Assembly (NCBI GenBank): GCA_963697085.1
Contig: CAVOMR010000003.1
Coordinates: forward strand, 1,026,745-1,090,744
Length of the DNA: 64,000 bases
From: Candidatus Dormiibacterota bacterium
GTDB lineage: Bacteria; Chloroflexota; Dormibacteria; Aeolococcales; Aeolococcaceae
Reading direction: 5' to 3'
In this document: piece after piece, positions 51,560 through 60,436 of the stretch
Position numbering within the stretch: the stretch's first letter is position 1
How the letters are laid out: the number at the start of each line of letters is the position of its first letter
Notes under the pieces: model-generated
The model's input: only the letters and a program-made list of their open reading frames with translations
What the model was told of the DNA's origin: nothing
Database searches by the model: none
Program-made: the position numbers and the translations under genes

Positions 51560-54500
51560 CTAGGAAATCGTGTACCTGTAGGGGATCCGGACCAGCTGAT
51601 CGGAGCTGTCCGTGTTGAAGTTGAACGTCTCGACGGCGATGAATCCGGACACCATCTGTCCGTGCGAGCCGCTCGGCGTGAAGGTCACCGCGATGGAGCC
51701 CGTCTGACCCGGGTCGAGGATGGTCGGGGTGTAGCCTCCGGTGAGCCCTTCGAGTGCGGACCAGATGTCACCGCTTGCCGTGCCGACGGTCAGATCGAAG
51801 GTCTTGGTCGCCGCGGCGCCGCCCGCCGACCACGGCACGGTCGGCGCGGTTCCGGCAAACGGACCGATCTCGGTCGGTCCGAACCCCCAGACGGAAGCCG
51901 GGATGTCCGGCGCGGTGAGGAGTTCCACCGCGTCGTCCCCCGAGGAGAACGAGATGTTGTCCGGGAAGCCGAACGCCGGGCTGGCGTCGAAGTTGATCGG
52001 GACCGTCAACTCCGCCGCGAAGGCGAGCTGCGACGTGAACGGCGGCACGACGAACTGCGGCACCAGCGAGAAGTCGGAGATCGGGAGCGTCCCGGTCGTG
52101 TCCGTCAGGCTCGCCAGCGACAGCTGGCTGCTGCTGTTGCTCCGCGGGTCGAGCGAGTAGTCCTCTTCGGAGTTCCCGGTGTTCTTGATGGAGATGGTCG
52201 CGGTGACCGGCACTCCGCTTGCGAGGTGCGTCGCGAAGCTGTCGGGCACCCCCGAGGAATGAACGCGCACCGTGTTGAAGCGGATCTTCCCGCTGATCGT
52301 CGCGCTCGTCAGCAGCGACGACACACCGTTGACCTGCGCGAGGTCGAGGCTCCAGCGGCCCGGAGCCGGGTTCGCCCAGGAGAAATGCATGGTGGTCGTC
52401 AGCGCCAACTCACTCTGCGTCTCGGTGCTCTCGACGTCCACCGGCATGACCCGGGGATCGACGAGGAACCCGAGCACCTGGTAGCCCGGCGCGCTCACCG
52501 TCACGTCGACGTCGACGTCACGCTCGCCCGCGGGCACGTTGAACTGATAGACGAGCTCCTGACCGTAGAACGCCGCGCGCTCGTTGCCGCCGGTGATGGT
52601 TCCGTGGAACGTGCCGACGTTGGCGTGGAAGGGCACGAGCGCGCGAAGCGCGACCGGGATGGTCGACTGCGGATCTGCGATTGCCGCGGAGTCACCGAAC
52701 ACGACCAACTCGTTGAGGTCGCCGGCCGCGGACGGCGTCCGGACGGTGACGCGGAACGTCCCCGTGTGGTCGGGCGCGATCGTGCGTGCAGCCGGGAACA
52801 CCGCGCCACTCACGGTGTGGAACGACTGCCTGGTGATCGTGTACGTCACCGCGCCGTTGTACGGTGTGCCCGTCGAGAAGACCAGCATCGTCCAGGTGCC
52901 GGGCACTGCGTCGTGCACCTCGACCTGCCCGAAGCCACCGGCCGCTCCCTGCGGGCGGGACTGCGAGGTCATCTGGCCGGTCGGGCTGAAGAGCGACAGC
53001 CGCAGGGTCGATGACGGCTGCGATGCCGTGTCCCACGCGAAGCTCGCGACCATGCGGTCGGCGCCCGCGGGAACGGTGAACGGCACCAGGTGCACATCCG
53101 GCACCACCGCACCCGTCTGATAGATGAACGTCGGGTCGGTGGTCGCATTGAGCGTCAGCGATCCCGAGGCGATCGTCGACATCGCGCCGAGTGCGCGAAG
53201 CTTCGGAGCGATCGTCGCCGTGGCGGCGCCGGTGTTGGTCACGCTGACACGGACCGTCTGGCTCGACCCCGCGACAGCGGTCGCGGAGATCGAGTTCGGA
53301 GCGATGAGCAGACCGTCACCCTGCGGCGCGGGCGTGCCGTGCGCATCGTGGATCAACTCCGCCGTCTGCACCGCGCGGAGCGCGTCGACGAAGCCGGCGC
53401 CCTGGTTCTGGCCAGGAGCGTCCAGATCCTGCGCGCTGCTCATGAGGATCTGCTTCACGAGCTCCGGAGTGGGGCTCGCACCGCCGTGCGTGTCTCGGTA
53501 GGCCTCGATCACGAGCGCGGCGGTGCCCGCGGTGAGGGGGCAGGACTCGCTCGTGCCGCCGAAGGCGACGATCGGCTGCGGGGATGAGCCGTTGTACTGG
53601 TCCGCACACTCGGTGAACACCGCGGTGTTGGTCGAGCAGTCGGCCCATCCGGACTCGCCCGGGGCGACGACGTCGATCGTGTCGGGCCCGTACTCGGTGT
53701 CGCCACTGCTGCTGAACGACGAGACCTCGTTGCTGAGCCAGCCGTTGCCACCGAACTGGTAGCCGTAGGACGTGGTCTGCGCGTAGAGCTGGTAGCTCGT
53801 CGTGGCGCCGGCGGAGATGACGCCGGGGTTGGTCGCGGGCGTGCCGATCGTGTTCGTGATGCCCGCGTCTCCGGAGCTTGCGACCACCGTGATGCCCGCG
53901 GCGACTGCTTCGGCGTCAATGAGCGCATCGGCGTCGGTGCCCGGATTCGGGATCGGGTTGCCGCCGAACGACTGGCTGAGGATGTCGACATGGTCGACCT
54001 CGACCGCGTATTCGATGGCCTGGAGAATGAGGCTGTTGAACGCGAGGTTCGCGTCACCGAACACCTTCATGACCGCGACCGACGCACCGGGCGCGACGCC
54101 CTCGATCCTGATGTTGCATCCGGGCGGCAGCGGGTGAGCGGGGTTGACCTCGCCGCTGAGGTCGAAGACCTCGTTCCCCTGCGAGATGATCGAGCTCGCG
54201 TCGCCGAACGCCTCCTCGCCGCCGGTGACACCGCCCGTACCCTCACCGGTGAAGTCCTCGTAGTCGAAGATCGCGGACGTGCCACCACGCATGAAGTCGG
54301 GGATGGTCGGATCGAGCCCGTCCGGGAAGACCGCGACCTTGACGCCGGCGCCGTCGGCCAGCGACCGGGCATCGGGCGCCGTCGAACCGGGCTCGTCGAC
54401 CACGTGCATGAGCGAGAGTGCCTCGGGCTCGATGAGGGGATCCGCGGGGTTGGTCGGACAGATCTGCGTGCCGCCCGCGGACGGAACCGCCGTCCTCACG

Positions 54501-55015
54501 TTCGCCCCTGCCACGACATTGCCGCCGACGGCCGCAGCGTCGCTCGTGACACTCGTCGCCAGGCTCGGACCGGTGATCTCGGTGTCCGGGATGACCGCGC
54601 CCACGAGAGGATTCGCGGCGAGCCGAGATGCCTCCGCTGCCGAGACGGTCGCCGAGACGGCGTTGATCAGCGAGTAGCCGTGAGCCTTCGGCGCCTTGAG
54701 GAGGTGCAGCTCGCTGAGGATCGACCTCTGGTCGGCGGCAAGCCGTGCGGCTCGAACCTTCAGGGTCCCGTCACTCCCGGTGACTCCGTTCTCCTGGTTC
54801 TTCAGGATGACGATGACGCGCTGATCCGGCTTTGCAGCCAGGTACGCGATCTGGGTCGGGCTCAGCGAGCTCGGATCGACGCGCGGGACAGACGTCGTTC
54901 GCGCGTTCACAGCCAGCGGTACTGTCGCAAGCGCGGCGCACGCCCCGGCCGTCAGCAGCTTGATCACCTTGGAGCCGGCGGCTGCATGCCCGCTCCGGAT
55001 GCGATCTCGATTCAT
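51560..55015 (-). CDS. very large secreted S8/S53-family serine peptidase with an N-terminal propeptide and a ~600-aa C-terminal extension of Ig-like domains
   Basis: The signal peptide is KLLTAGACAALATVPLAVNA, followed by an I9-like propeptide. Motifs are VKVAVFPDGLDP and the Ser motif FGGTSESCPLTAGTAALV. The start is taken at ATG 55015. Confidence 0.75.
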   Translation of the reverse strand: MNRDRIRSGHAAAGSKVIKLLTAGACAALATVPLAVNARTTSVPRVDPSSLSPTQIAYLAAKPDQRVIVILKNQENGVTGSDGTLKVRAARLAADQRSILSELHLLKAPKAHGYSLINAVSATVSAAEASRLAANPLVGAVIPDTEITGPSLATSVTSDAAAVGGNVVAGANVRTAVPSAGGTQICPTNPADPLIEPEALSLMHVVDEPGSTAPDARSLADGAGVKVAVFPDGLDPTIPDFMRGGTSAIFDYEDFTGEGTGGVTGGEEAFGDASSIISQGNEVFDLSGEVNPAHPLPPGCNIRIEGVAPGASVAVMKVFGDANLAFNSLILQAIEYAVEVDHVDILSQSFGGNPIPNPGTDADALIDAEAVAAGITVVASSGDAGITNTIGTPATNPGVISAGATTSYQLYAQTTSYGYQFGGNGWLSNEVSSFSSSGDTEYGPDTIDVVAPGESGWADCSTNTAVFTECADQYNGSSPQPIVAFGGTSESCPLTAGTAALVIEAYRDTHGGASPTPELVKQILMSSAQDLDAPGQNQGAGFVDALRAVQTAELIHDAHGTPAPQGDGLLIAPNSISATAVAGSSQTVRVSVTNTGAATATIAPKLRALGAMSTIASGSLTLNATTDPTFIYQTGAVVPDVHLVPFTVPAGADRMVASFAWDTASQPSSTLRLSLFSPTGQMTSQSRPQGAAGGFGQVEVHDAVPGTWTMLVFSTGTPYNGAVTYTITRQSFHTVSGAVFPAARTIAPDHTGTFRVTVRTPSAAGDLNELVVFGDSAAIADPQSTIPVALRALVPFHANVGTFHGTITGGNERAAFYGQELVYQFNVPAGERDVDVDVTVSAPGYQVLGFLVDPRVMPVDVESTETQSELALTTTMHFSWANPAPGRWSLDLAQVNGVSSLLTSATISGKIRFNTVRVHSSGVPDSFATHLASGVPVTATISIKNTGNSEEDYSLDPRSNSSSQLSLASLTDTTGTLPISDFSLVPQFVVPPFTSQLAFAAELTVPINFDASPAFGFPDNISFSSGDDAVELLTAPDIPASVWGFGPTEIGPFAGTAPTVPWSAGGAAATKTFDLTVGTASGDIWSALEGLTGGYTPTILDPGQTGSIAVTFTPSGSHGQMVSGFIAVETFNFNTDSSDQLVRIPYRYTIS

Positions 55016-55161
55016 GAGCCCACTCCTCCTACCGCTGCTGGATCGATCGGGATGGTAACGCACGATTGACGCTTTTGCGCCAAACTGTGCATTCGGTCAT
55101 TCTGCTCCGCCTTTCGGGCGCAACAAGACGATCCCGTATCAACCTCGAGGACGAGCGGGGG

Positions 55162-55374
55162 TCAGGCCCGGGCGGCTTTCGGCCTCGCGAAGTTGGCCGC
55201 GACGAGCGACAGCACGGCCAGCACCGTGAAGACGAGCGCGTGCTTCCAGTGGAGCTCCGGCTTGGCGCCGCCCGCCAGGAAGGTCGTCTTCACGGTGAAG
55301 AAGAAGACCGCCGCGACGGCGAAGATCACCGCCAGGACGACGAGCGCGAGTGCGAGTGGACGGCTTCCTCTCAT
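55162..55374 (-). CDS. small two-TM membrane protein (70 aa)
   Basis: Sequence LALALVVLAVIFAVAAVFFFTV and ALVFTVLAVLSLVAANF. Confidence 0.4.
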   Translation of the reverse strand: MRGSRPLALALVVLAVIFAVAAVFFFTVKTTFLAGGAKPELHWKHALVFTVLAVLSLVAANFARPKAARA

Positions 55375-55428
55375 GACAATCCCCCGATGAACGATGTGCG
55401 TGCGCTCAACTGCACGAGCGCCACGTGC

Positions 55429-56304
55429 TCAGTGAATGAAGACGAGGCCCGCCGCCCCGAGAGCCGCACAGTAATACGCGAAGGGGTCCAGACGTCCGAT
55501 GCGCAGGTAGCGAAGCAGGAACCGGGCGCTGGCGTAGGCGACCACGCCGGCGACGATCGCCGCGGCCACCGCGACGGCGGCGGTCGGCGCATCGGTGCCG
55601 AGCGCGGGGAGCTCGAGCAGACCGGCTGCGAGGATGATCGGCGTCGCGAGCAGGAAGGAGAAGCGAGCGGCCTCCTCGTGGCGCAGTCCCGCAACGAGCC
55701 CCGCCGCCATCGTGATGCCCGAGCGTGAGATCCCGGGCAGGAGCGCGCCGGCCTGGAAGATCCCGACGAAGACCGTGGTGCGCAGGCTGAGGCCCTCGAT
55801 CTGCGCGTACTCAGGGTCGCCGTCCTCGTGCGCCATGATCGCGGCGCCTGCGGCCTTGCGGCGGCGCTCGTCGCGCCGGCGGAACAGCTCCGCGGCGAAG
55901 AGGATGCCGCCGTTCAGGATGAGCAGCGCCGACGCGAGGCGCGGGTTGCCGAAGAGCGACTTCAGCGGATCCTGCAGGAGCAGGCCGATCACGCCGGCGG
56001 GAACGGTCCCGACCACGAGCATCATCGCCAGACGCTGGTCCGGGTCGTCGATGCGACCCCGCACGGCCGCCCGGAAGAACCCGGAGATGATGCGCGCCCA
56101 GTCGCGCCGGTAGAGGAGCAGCAGCGCCGCTGCCGTGCCGAGATGGAGGACGGTGAGCACGGGGACGAACGCCGGGTCGGTTTCGCGGAAGTTGAGCCCG
56201 ATGAGCGGCGGGACGACGACGGCGTGGCCCAGCGATGACACCGGAAAGAGCTCGGTGACGCCCTGCAGCGCCGCGAGGAAGAGGATGACTCCCGCACTCA
56301 GCAT
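55429..56304 (-). CDS. uppP: undecaprenyl-diphosphate phosphatase
   Basis: Sequence MLSAGVILFLAALQGVTELFPVSSLGHAVVVP and PGISRSGITMAAGL (BacA/UppP motifs). Confidence 0.9.
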   Translation of the reverse strand: MLSAGVILFLAALQGVTELFPVSSLGHAVVVPPLIGLNFRETDPAFVPVLTVLHLGTAAALLLLYRRDWARIISGFFRAAVRGRIDDPDQRLAMMLVVGTVPAGVIGLLLQDPLKSLFGNPRLASALLILNGGILFAAELFRRRDERRRKAAGAAIMAHEDGDPEYAQIEGLSLRTTVFVGIFQAGALLPGISRSGITMAAGLVAGLRHEEAARFSFLLATPIILAAGLLELPALGTDAPTAAVAVAAAIVAGVVAYASARFLLRYLRIGRLDPFAYYCAALGAAGLVFIH

Positions 56305-56340
56305 CGCCAGAGCCTACCAGCCGTCTGCTCGTGCTCTGAT

Positions 56341-57372
56341 ATGCGCATGTCCGAGAACCCGACGATGAACCGCCAATGGCGCCTCGCGGCGCGCCCCCAC
56401 GGATTGCCGGTCGCCGCTGACTGGGAGTTCCGCAGCGAGCCGGTGCCGGCGCCGGGCGACGGCGAATTCCTGGTGCGGGTCATCCTCATCTCGCTCGACC
56501 CGGCAATGCGTGGCTGGATGAACGCCGGCCGCTCCTATGTGCCCCCGGTGGGCATCGGGGAGGTGATGCGCGCGCTCTGCGCCGGCGAGGTCGTCGCCTC
56601 CAACCACCCGGACTTCAGCGCCGGTGAAATGGTCACCGGGAACTTCGGCGTTCAGGGGTACGCGATCAGCGACGGCGCAGGCGTGAGCAAGGTCGCGGCC
56701 GACGTGGCGCCGCTCACGATGTACCTGAGCGTTCTCGGCATGCCCGGCATGACCGCGTACTTCGGACTGCTCGACATCGGCAAGCCCGTGGCCGGCGAGA
56801 CGGTCGTCGTGTCGGCCGCTGCGGGCGCCGTCGGGATGGTGGTGGGCCAGATCGCGAAGATCAAGGGCTGTCGCGTCGTCGGCATCGCGGGCGGCGCCGA
56901 GAAATGCAGGTTCCTCACCGAGGATCTCGGTTTCGACGCCGCGATCGACTACAAGAGCGAGGACGTCCGCGCCGCGCTCAAGGAGCAGTGCCCGGACCGG
57001 ATCAACGTGTACTTCGACAACGTCGGCGGGGAGATCCTCGACGCGGTGCTCACCCGTCTCGCTCGCCACGCGCGCATCGTGATCTGCGGCTCGATCTCGC
57101 AGTACAACAACGAGGGTCCGGCGCGCGGACCCGCGAACTACATGGCGCTCCTGGTCGACCGGGCCCGCATGGAGGGGTTCCTGGTCTTCGACTTCCGCGC
57201 GCGCTATCCGGAAGCGGAGGCGGAGATGGCCACCTGGATCGCCGAAGGGCGGCTCCGATCGGTCGAGGACGTCGTCACCGGGATCGAGAACTTCCCGGAC
57301 ACGCTCCTCAAGCTCTATCGCGGCGAGAACTTCGGAAAGCTGATCCTGAGCACCGGGGATCTCCCCGGGTAG
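56341..57372 (+). CDS. NADP-dependent medium-chain oxidoreductase (YncB/CurA/PTGR-like)
   Basis: Sequence NRQWRLAARPHGLP...FLVRVILISLDPAMRGWM and the Rossmann motif VVVSAAAGAVGMVVGQIAKIKGCRVVGIAG. Confidence 0.8.
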   Translation: MRMSENPTMNRQWRLAARPHGLPVAADWEFRSEPVPAPGDGEFLVRVILISLDPAMRGWMNAGRSYVPPVGIGEVMRALCAGEVVASNHPDFSAGEMVTGNFGVQGYAISDGAGVSKVAADVAPLTMYLSVLGMPGMTAYFGLLDIGKPVAGETVVVSAAAGAVGMVVGQIAKIKGCRVVGIAGGAEKCRFLTEDLGFDAAIDYKSEDVRAALKEQCPDRINVYFDNVGGEILDAVLTRLARHARIVICGSISQYNNEGPARGPANYMALLVDRARMEGFLVFDFRARYPEAEAEMATWIAEGRLRSVEDVVTGIENFPDTLLKLYRGENFGKLILSTGDLPG

Positions 57373-57375
57373 CGG

Positions 57376-58518
57376 TCAGGCGGCGGCGCGCGCTCCGGCG
57401 CGGCCCGGGCCCGACTGGAGCAGGCGCGCGATGTCGCTCGGCGACACGATGCCGACGAGGCGGTCGGAGTCGTAGACCAGCGCGCGACCGTCCGAGGCGT
57501 TGCCCATCCGCTTCAGCAGGGCGGTGATCGGCTCGTCCGGGCGGGCGACCGGCACCCGGTCGACGGGGATCGCGATGTCGATCGCACGGCGGTCGCCGCG
57601 CTGCTGCGGCCGGAGCTGCTTGATGCCCCGCATCGTCACGAGGCCGTCGATGCGCCCGTCGATGCTGTGCGTCGGGAACGACGTGAACTGATGGCCCATG
57701 ACGTACTGCTCGACGAGCAGCTCGACGGTGATCCAGGACGGAACGATCACCGGATCCTTCGACATCACGTCGCCGACCAGCATTCCCTCGAGCGCGTGGC
57801 GCGCCAGCTCCCCCTGCGCCTCGCCGCGCGCGGCGCTGTCGAGAAACCACCCGATGAGCATGAGCCAGAGGCCGCCGACCGGATCGAAGAAGAAGAGGTC
57901 GAGCACGCCGACGCCGACGAGCACGACGGCGAAGATCCGTCCCGCGCGCGCCGCGCCGATGGTGGCCGCCGTCCGGTTCTTCGTGCGCATCCAGATGAAC
58001 CCGCGAAGGATCCTTCCGCCGTCGAGTGGAAAGGCCGGGATGAGGTTGAAGATCAGCACGAGGACGTTGATCGCGGCGACCCATTCGGCGACCACCACGA
58101 CGAGTGGCGGCGCCCCGACGAGGATGAGAAGCCATGTCGCAACCACGGCCAGCGCGGAGATCGCGAGCGTGACCAACGGGCCGATCGCCGCGACGAGCAC
58201 CTCGGTCCTGCCCGTCATCCAGTCGCCGTTCATCTGGGCAACCCCGCCGAAGAGCCAGAGCCTGATGGTGTCGATCGTCATGCCCCGCCGTCGCGCGACG
58301 ATGGCATGGCCGAGCTCGTGCGCCACGAGCGAGGCGATCATCAGCACCGCGACCGAGACGCCGACGACCCAGGCGAGCCAGGACGGGGTGCCGTGCGCGT
58401 CACCGGGAACCGCGGCCCCGGCAACTCCCCACGCCACCAGTGCCGCGATGACCAGAACGCTCCAGTCCGCGGTGACCCTGATCCCGGCTATCCGGCCGAG
58501 TGGCAGGCCTCTGTTCAT
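57376..58518 (-). CDS. M50 (site-2 protease) family metalloprotease with tandem CBS domains
   Basis: HExxH in LVAHELGHAIVARRRG, NLIPAFPLDGGR, and C-terminal CBS pairs (VGDVMSKDPV..., ALVYDSDRLVGIVSPSDI). Confidence 0.85.
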   Translation of the reverse strand: MNRGLPLGRIAGIRVTADWSVLVIAALVAWGVAGAAVPGDAHGTPSWLAWVVGVSVAVLMIASLVAHELGHAIVARRRGMTIDTIRLWLFGGVAQMNGDWMTGRTEVLVAAIGPLVTLAISALAVVATWLLILVGAPPLVVVVAEWVAAINVLVLIFNLIPAFPLDGGRILRGFIWMRTKNRTAATIGAARAGRIFAVVLVGVGVLDLFFFDPVGGLWLMLIGWFLDSAARGEAQGELARHALEGMLVGDVMSKDPVIVPSWITVELLVEQYVMGHQFTSFPTHSIDGRIDGLVTMRGIKQLRPQQRGDRRAIDIAIPVDRVPVARPDEPITALLKRMGNASDGRALVYDSDRLVGIVSPSDIARLLQSGPGRAGARAAA

Positions 58519-58611
58519 GATGCCGCTCTCATAGTGCTCGCGACGCCTTTCATCAGTGTGAACGTACCCATGACAACGTCACATCAACAGGGGTCGGGCA
58601 CGAAGGCGATC

Positions 58612-59877
58612 CTACGCCAGGGCCGAGCGTGGTTCTCGCTGCCGCTGCGTGACCCCGACCCGCGCGGCGCTCGCCGTCAGCGCGCACCATGTGGCCGCGA
58701 CGAGCAGCAGTGCCCAGGGGGTCGCGCGACCGGGCAGGCCGACCGTGTTCTGGCCGAGGTCCTCGAGTGCCGCCAGCGAGAGGAGCGCCCAGCCGCCGAT
58801 GACGACGAGGGTGGCGGGCCCGGGCCAGCGCCCTTCGGCTGGACGGGCGGCCAACCAGGCGAGCCCGGCGATCATCACCGGGGCCAGGAGCGTGAGGTCG
58901 TGCCCCAGCAGATGCGGTGACGCGAAGAGCGAGAGGGCGACGGCGCCGCAGAGCGTCGGCTCCAGCAGATCCGACCGGCGGTGCGCGATCGTTCCGAGCC
59001 ACCCCGCAACCACCGCGGCAGCGAGCCCCGCGGCGATCGACGCGAAGTACACCCCGGGCGCCTGTCCGAGCAACGACCCGAACAGGCCGCTGCTTCCCTC
59101 CATCTCCGCCGTCGGCGAGTCGTGGGGGGTGGCCACCGCGGAGACGAACGACGTGAGCCCGTGCGGTCCCACGGCGACGAGCGCGATCGCGAGGGTGACC
59201 GCCGCCCCCGCCAGCGCGCCGGCGATGCCACGCCAGTCGCGTCGGCCGACCATGTAGGCAGCGATCCCGATCACCAGCTGCGGCTTCGCGATGGCGGCCG
59301 TGAACCCCAGCGCGAACCCGGCGACTCCGGGCCTGCCGCCCCTCCACGCAACGTAGGCGAGCGCAAGCCCGAGAACCGAGACGCCGTCCCACTGGCCCTC
59401 GAGGATGAGCAGTCCCGTGCCGAAGCCGGCGAGCGCGAGCATGACGATCGCCAGCCTCGGCAGGCGCGCCAGCGCGGCGGGCCACGGCGCCGCACGGGCC
59501 ACGAGCCAGAGCGAGAACACCATCAGGACAAGTTGCAGGACGGACCAGGCTCGCCAGGCGGTGCCGGCGCTCAGGAGGCTGAAGGGGATCGCCACGACCG
59601 CGGCCGCGGGTGGATTCTCGAAGGGGATGTCGTCGTGGCCGGCCGGGGCGCCGCTCGCGGCCAGCGTTGCCTGCTGCGCCGCCGGATCGTAGATCTGCTC
59701 CGCATGGCCGGTCCTGATCAGCGTCGCGGCGACGTAGGTCCCGGCGAAGTCGCTGGTGGGCGCCAGCGACGAGGGCACGACGGCCCAGACCTGCGCGTAG
59801 TGCGCGAGGACGATCGAAGCAACGGTGATGAGGGCGGCGGCGAACCACCGCGGGCGCGCTGGCACTGGCCTGCCCAC
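58612..59877 (-). CDS. polytopic membrane glycosyltransferase-like protein (GT87/DUF2029-like)
   Basis: About 10 TM segments. The N-terminal loop is DFAGTYVAATLIRTGHAEQIYD...FENPPAAAVVAIPFSLL. The assignment is by overall resemblance only. Confidence 0.5.
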   Translation of the reverse strand: MGRPVPARPRWFAAALITVASIVLAHYAQVWAVVPSSLAPTSDFAGTYVAATLIRTGHAEQIYDPAAQQATLAASGAPAGHDDIPFENPPAAAVVAIPFSLLSAGTAWRAWSVLQLVLMVFSLWLVARAAPWPAALARLPRLAIVMLALAGFGTGLLILEGQWDGVSVLGLALAYVAWRGGRPGVAGFALGFTAAIAKPQLVIGIAAYMVGRRDWRGIAGALAGAAVTLAIALVAVGPHGLTSFVSAVATPHDSPTAEMEGSSGLFGSLLGQAPGVYFASIAAGLAAAVVAGWLGTIAHRRSDLLEPTLCGAVALSLFASPHLLGHDLTLLAPVMIAGLAWLAARPAEGRWPGPATLVVIGGWALLSLAALEDLGQNTVGLPGRATPWALLLVAATWCALTASAARVGVTQRQREPRSALA

Positions 59878-59915
59878 TCTATGGCCATGTCGCTCACGCC
59901 ACCGTCAAGGTGGCG

Positions 59916-60431
59916 TCACAGGCTCCTCGCGAAGACCTCGAGATCGGAGTCGGAGAAAAGAGCGAATGTGATCTCCCGCAGCGACGTCGCGTCCGCGGCG
60001 AGGGCCAGGTCCGCCTCGTCGATCGCGATCGGTGCGGCGATGTCGATCGGGAAGCCATAGATGCCGGTGCTGATCGCCGGCGCGGCAACCGTCGCCGAGC
60101 CGTGCTCCGCGGCGAGGGCGAACGCTGCCCGGTAGGCGGACGCGAGCAGGCCTGCCTCCCCGTGGTTCCCGTCGCGCCAGCGCGGTCCGACGGCGTGGAT
60201 CACGTACCTCGCCGGGAGACGGCCCGCGCCGGTGATCACGGCCGACCCCGTCGGCGTCCCCCGGTAGCGCTGCTGCAGCTCGCGCATGAGGTCCGGGCCG
60301 GCCGCCCTGTGGATCGCGCCGTCGACACCGCCGCCACCGGCGAGCGAGCTGTTCGCCGCGTTGACGATGGCGTCGACGACGAGCGTGGTGATATCGGCTC
60401 GGAGCAACAGGATGCGCCCCGCGCCGACCAC
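59916..60431 (-). CDS. macro-domain protein (O-acetyl-ADP-ribose deacetylase-like)
   Basis: Sequence LLRADITTLVVDAIVNAANSSLAGGGGVDGAIHRAAGP...VIHAVGP...ISTGIYGFP. The start GTG 60431 is tentative. Confidence 0.85.
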   Translation of the reverse strand: MVGAGRILLLRADITTLVVDAIVNAANSSLAGGGGVDGAIHRAAGPDLMRELQQRYRGTPTGSAVITGAGRLPARYVIHAVGPRWRDGNHGEAGLLASAYRAAFALAAEHGSATVAAPAISTGIYGFPIDIAAPIAIDEADLALAADATSLREITFALFSDSDLEVFARSL

Positions 60432-60436
60432 CCGGA

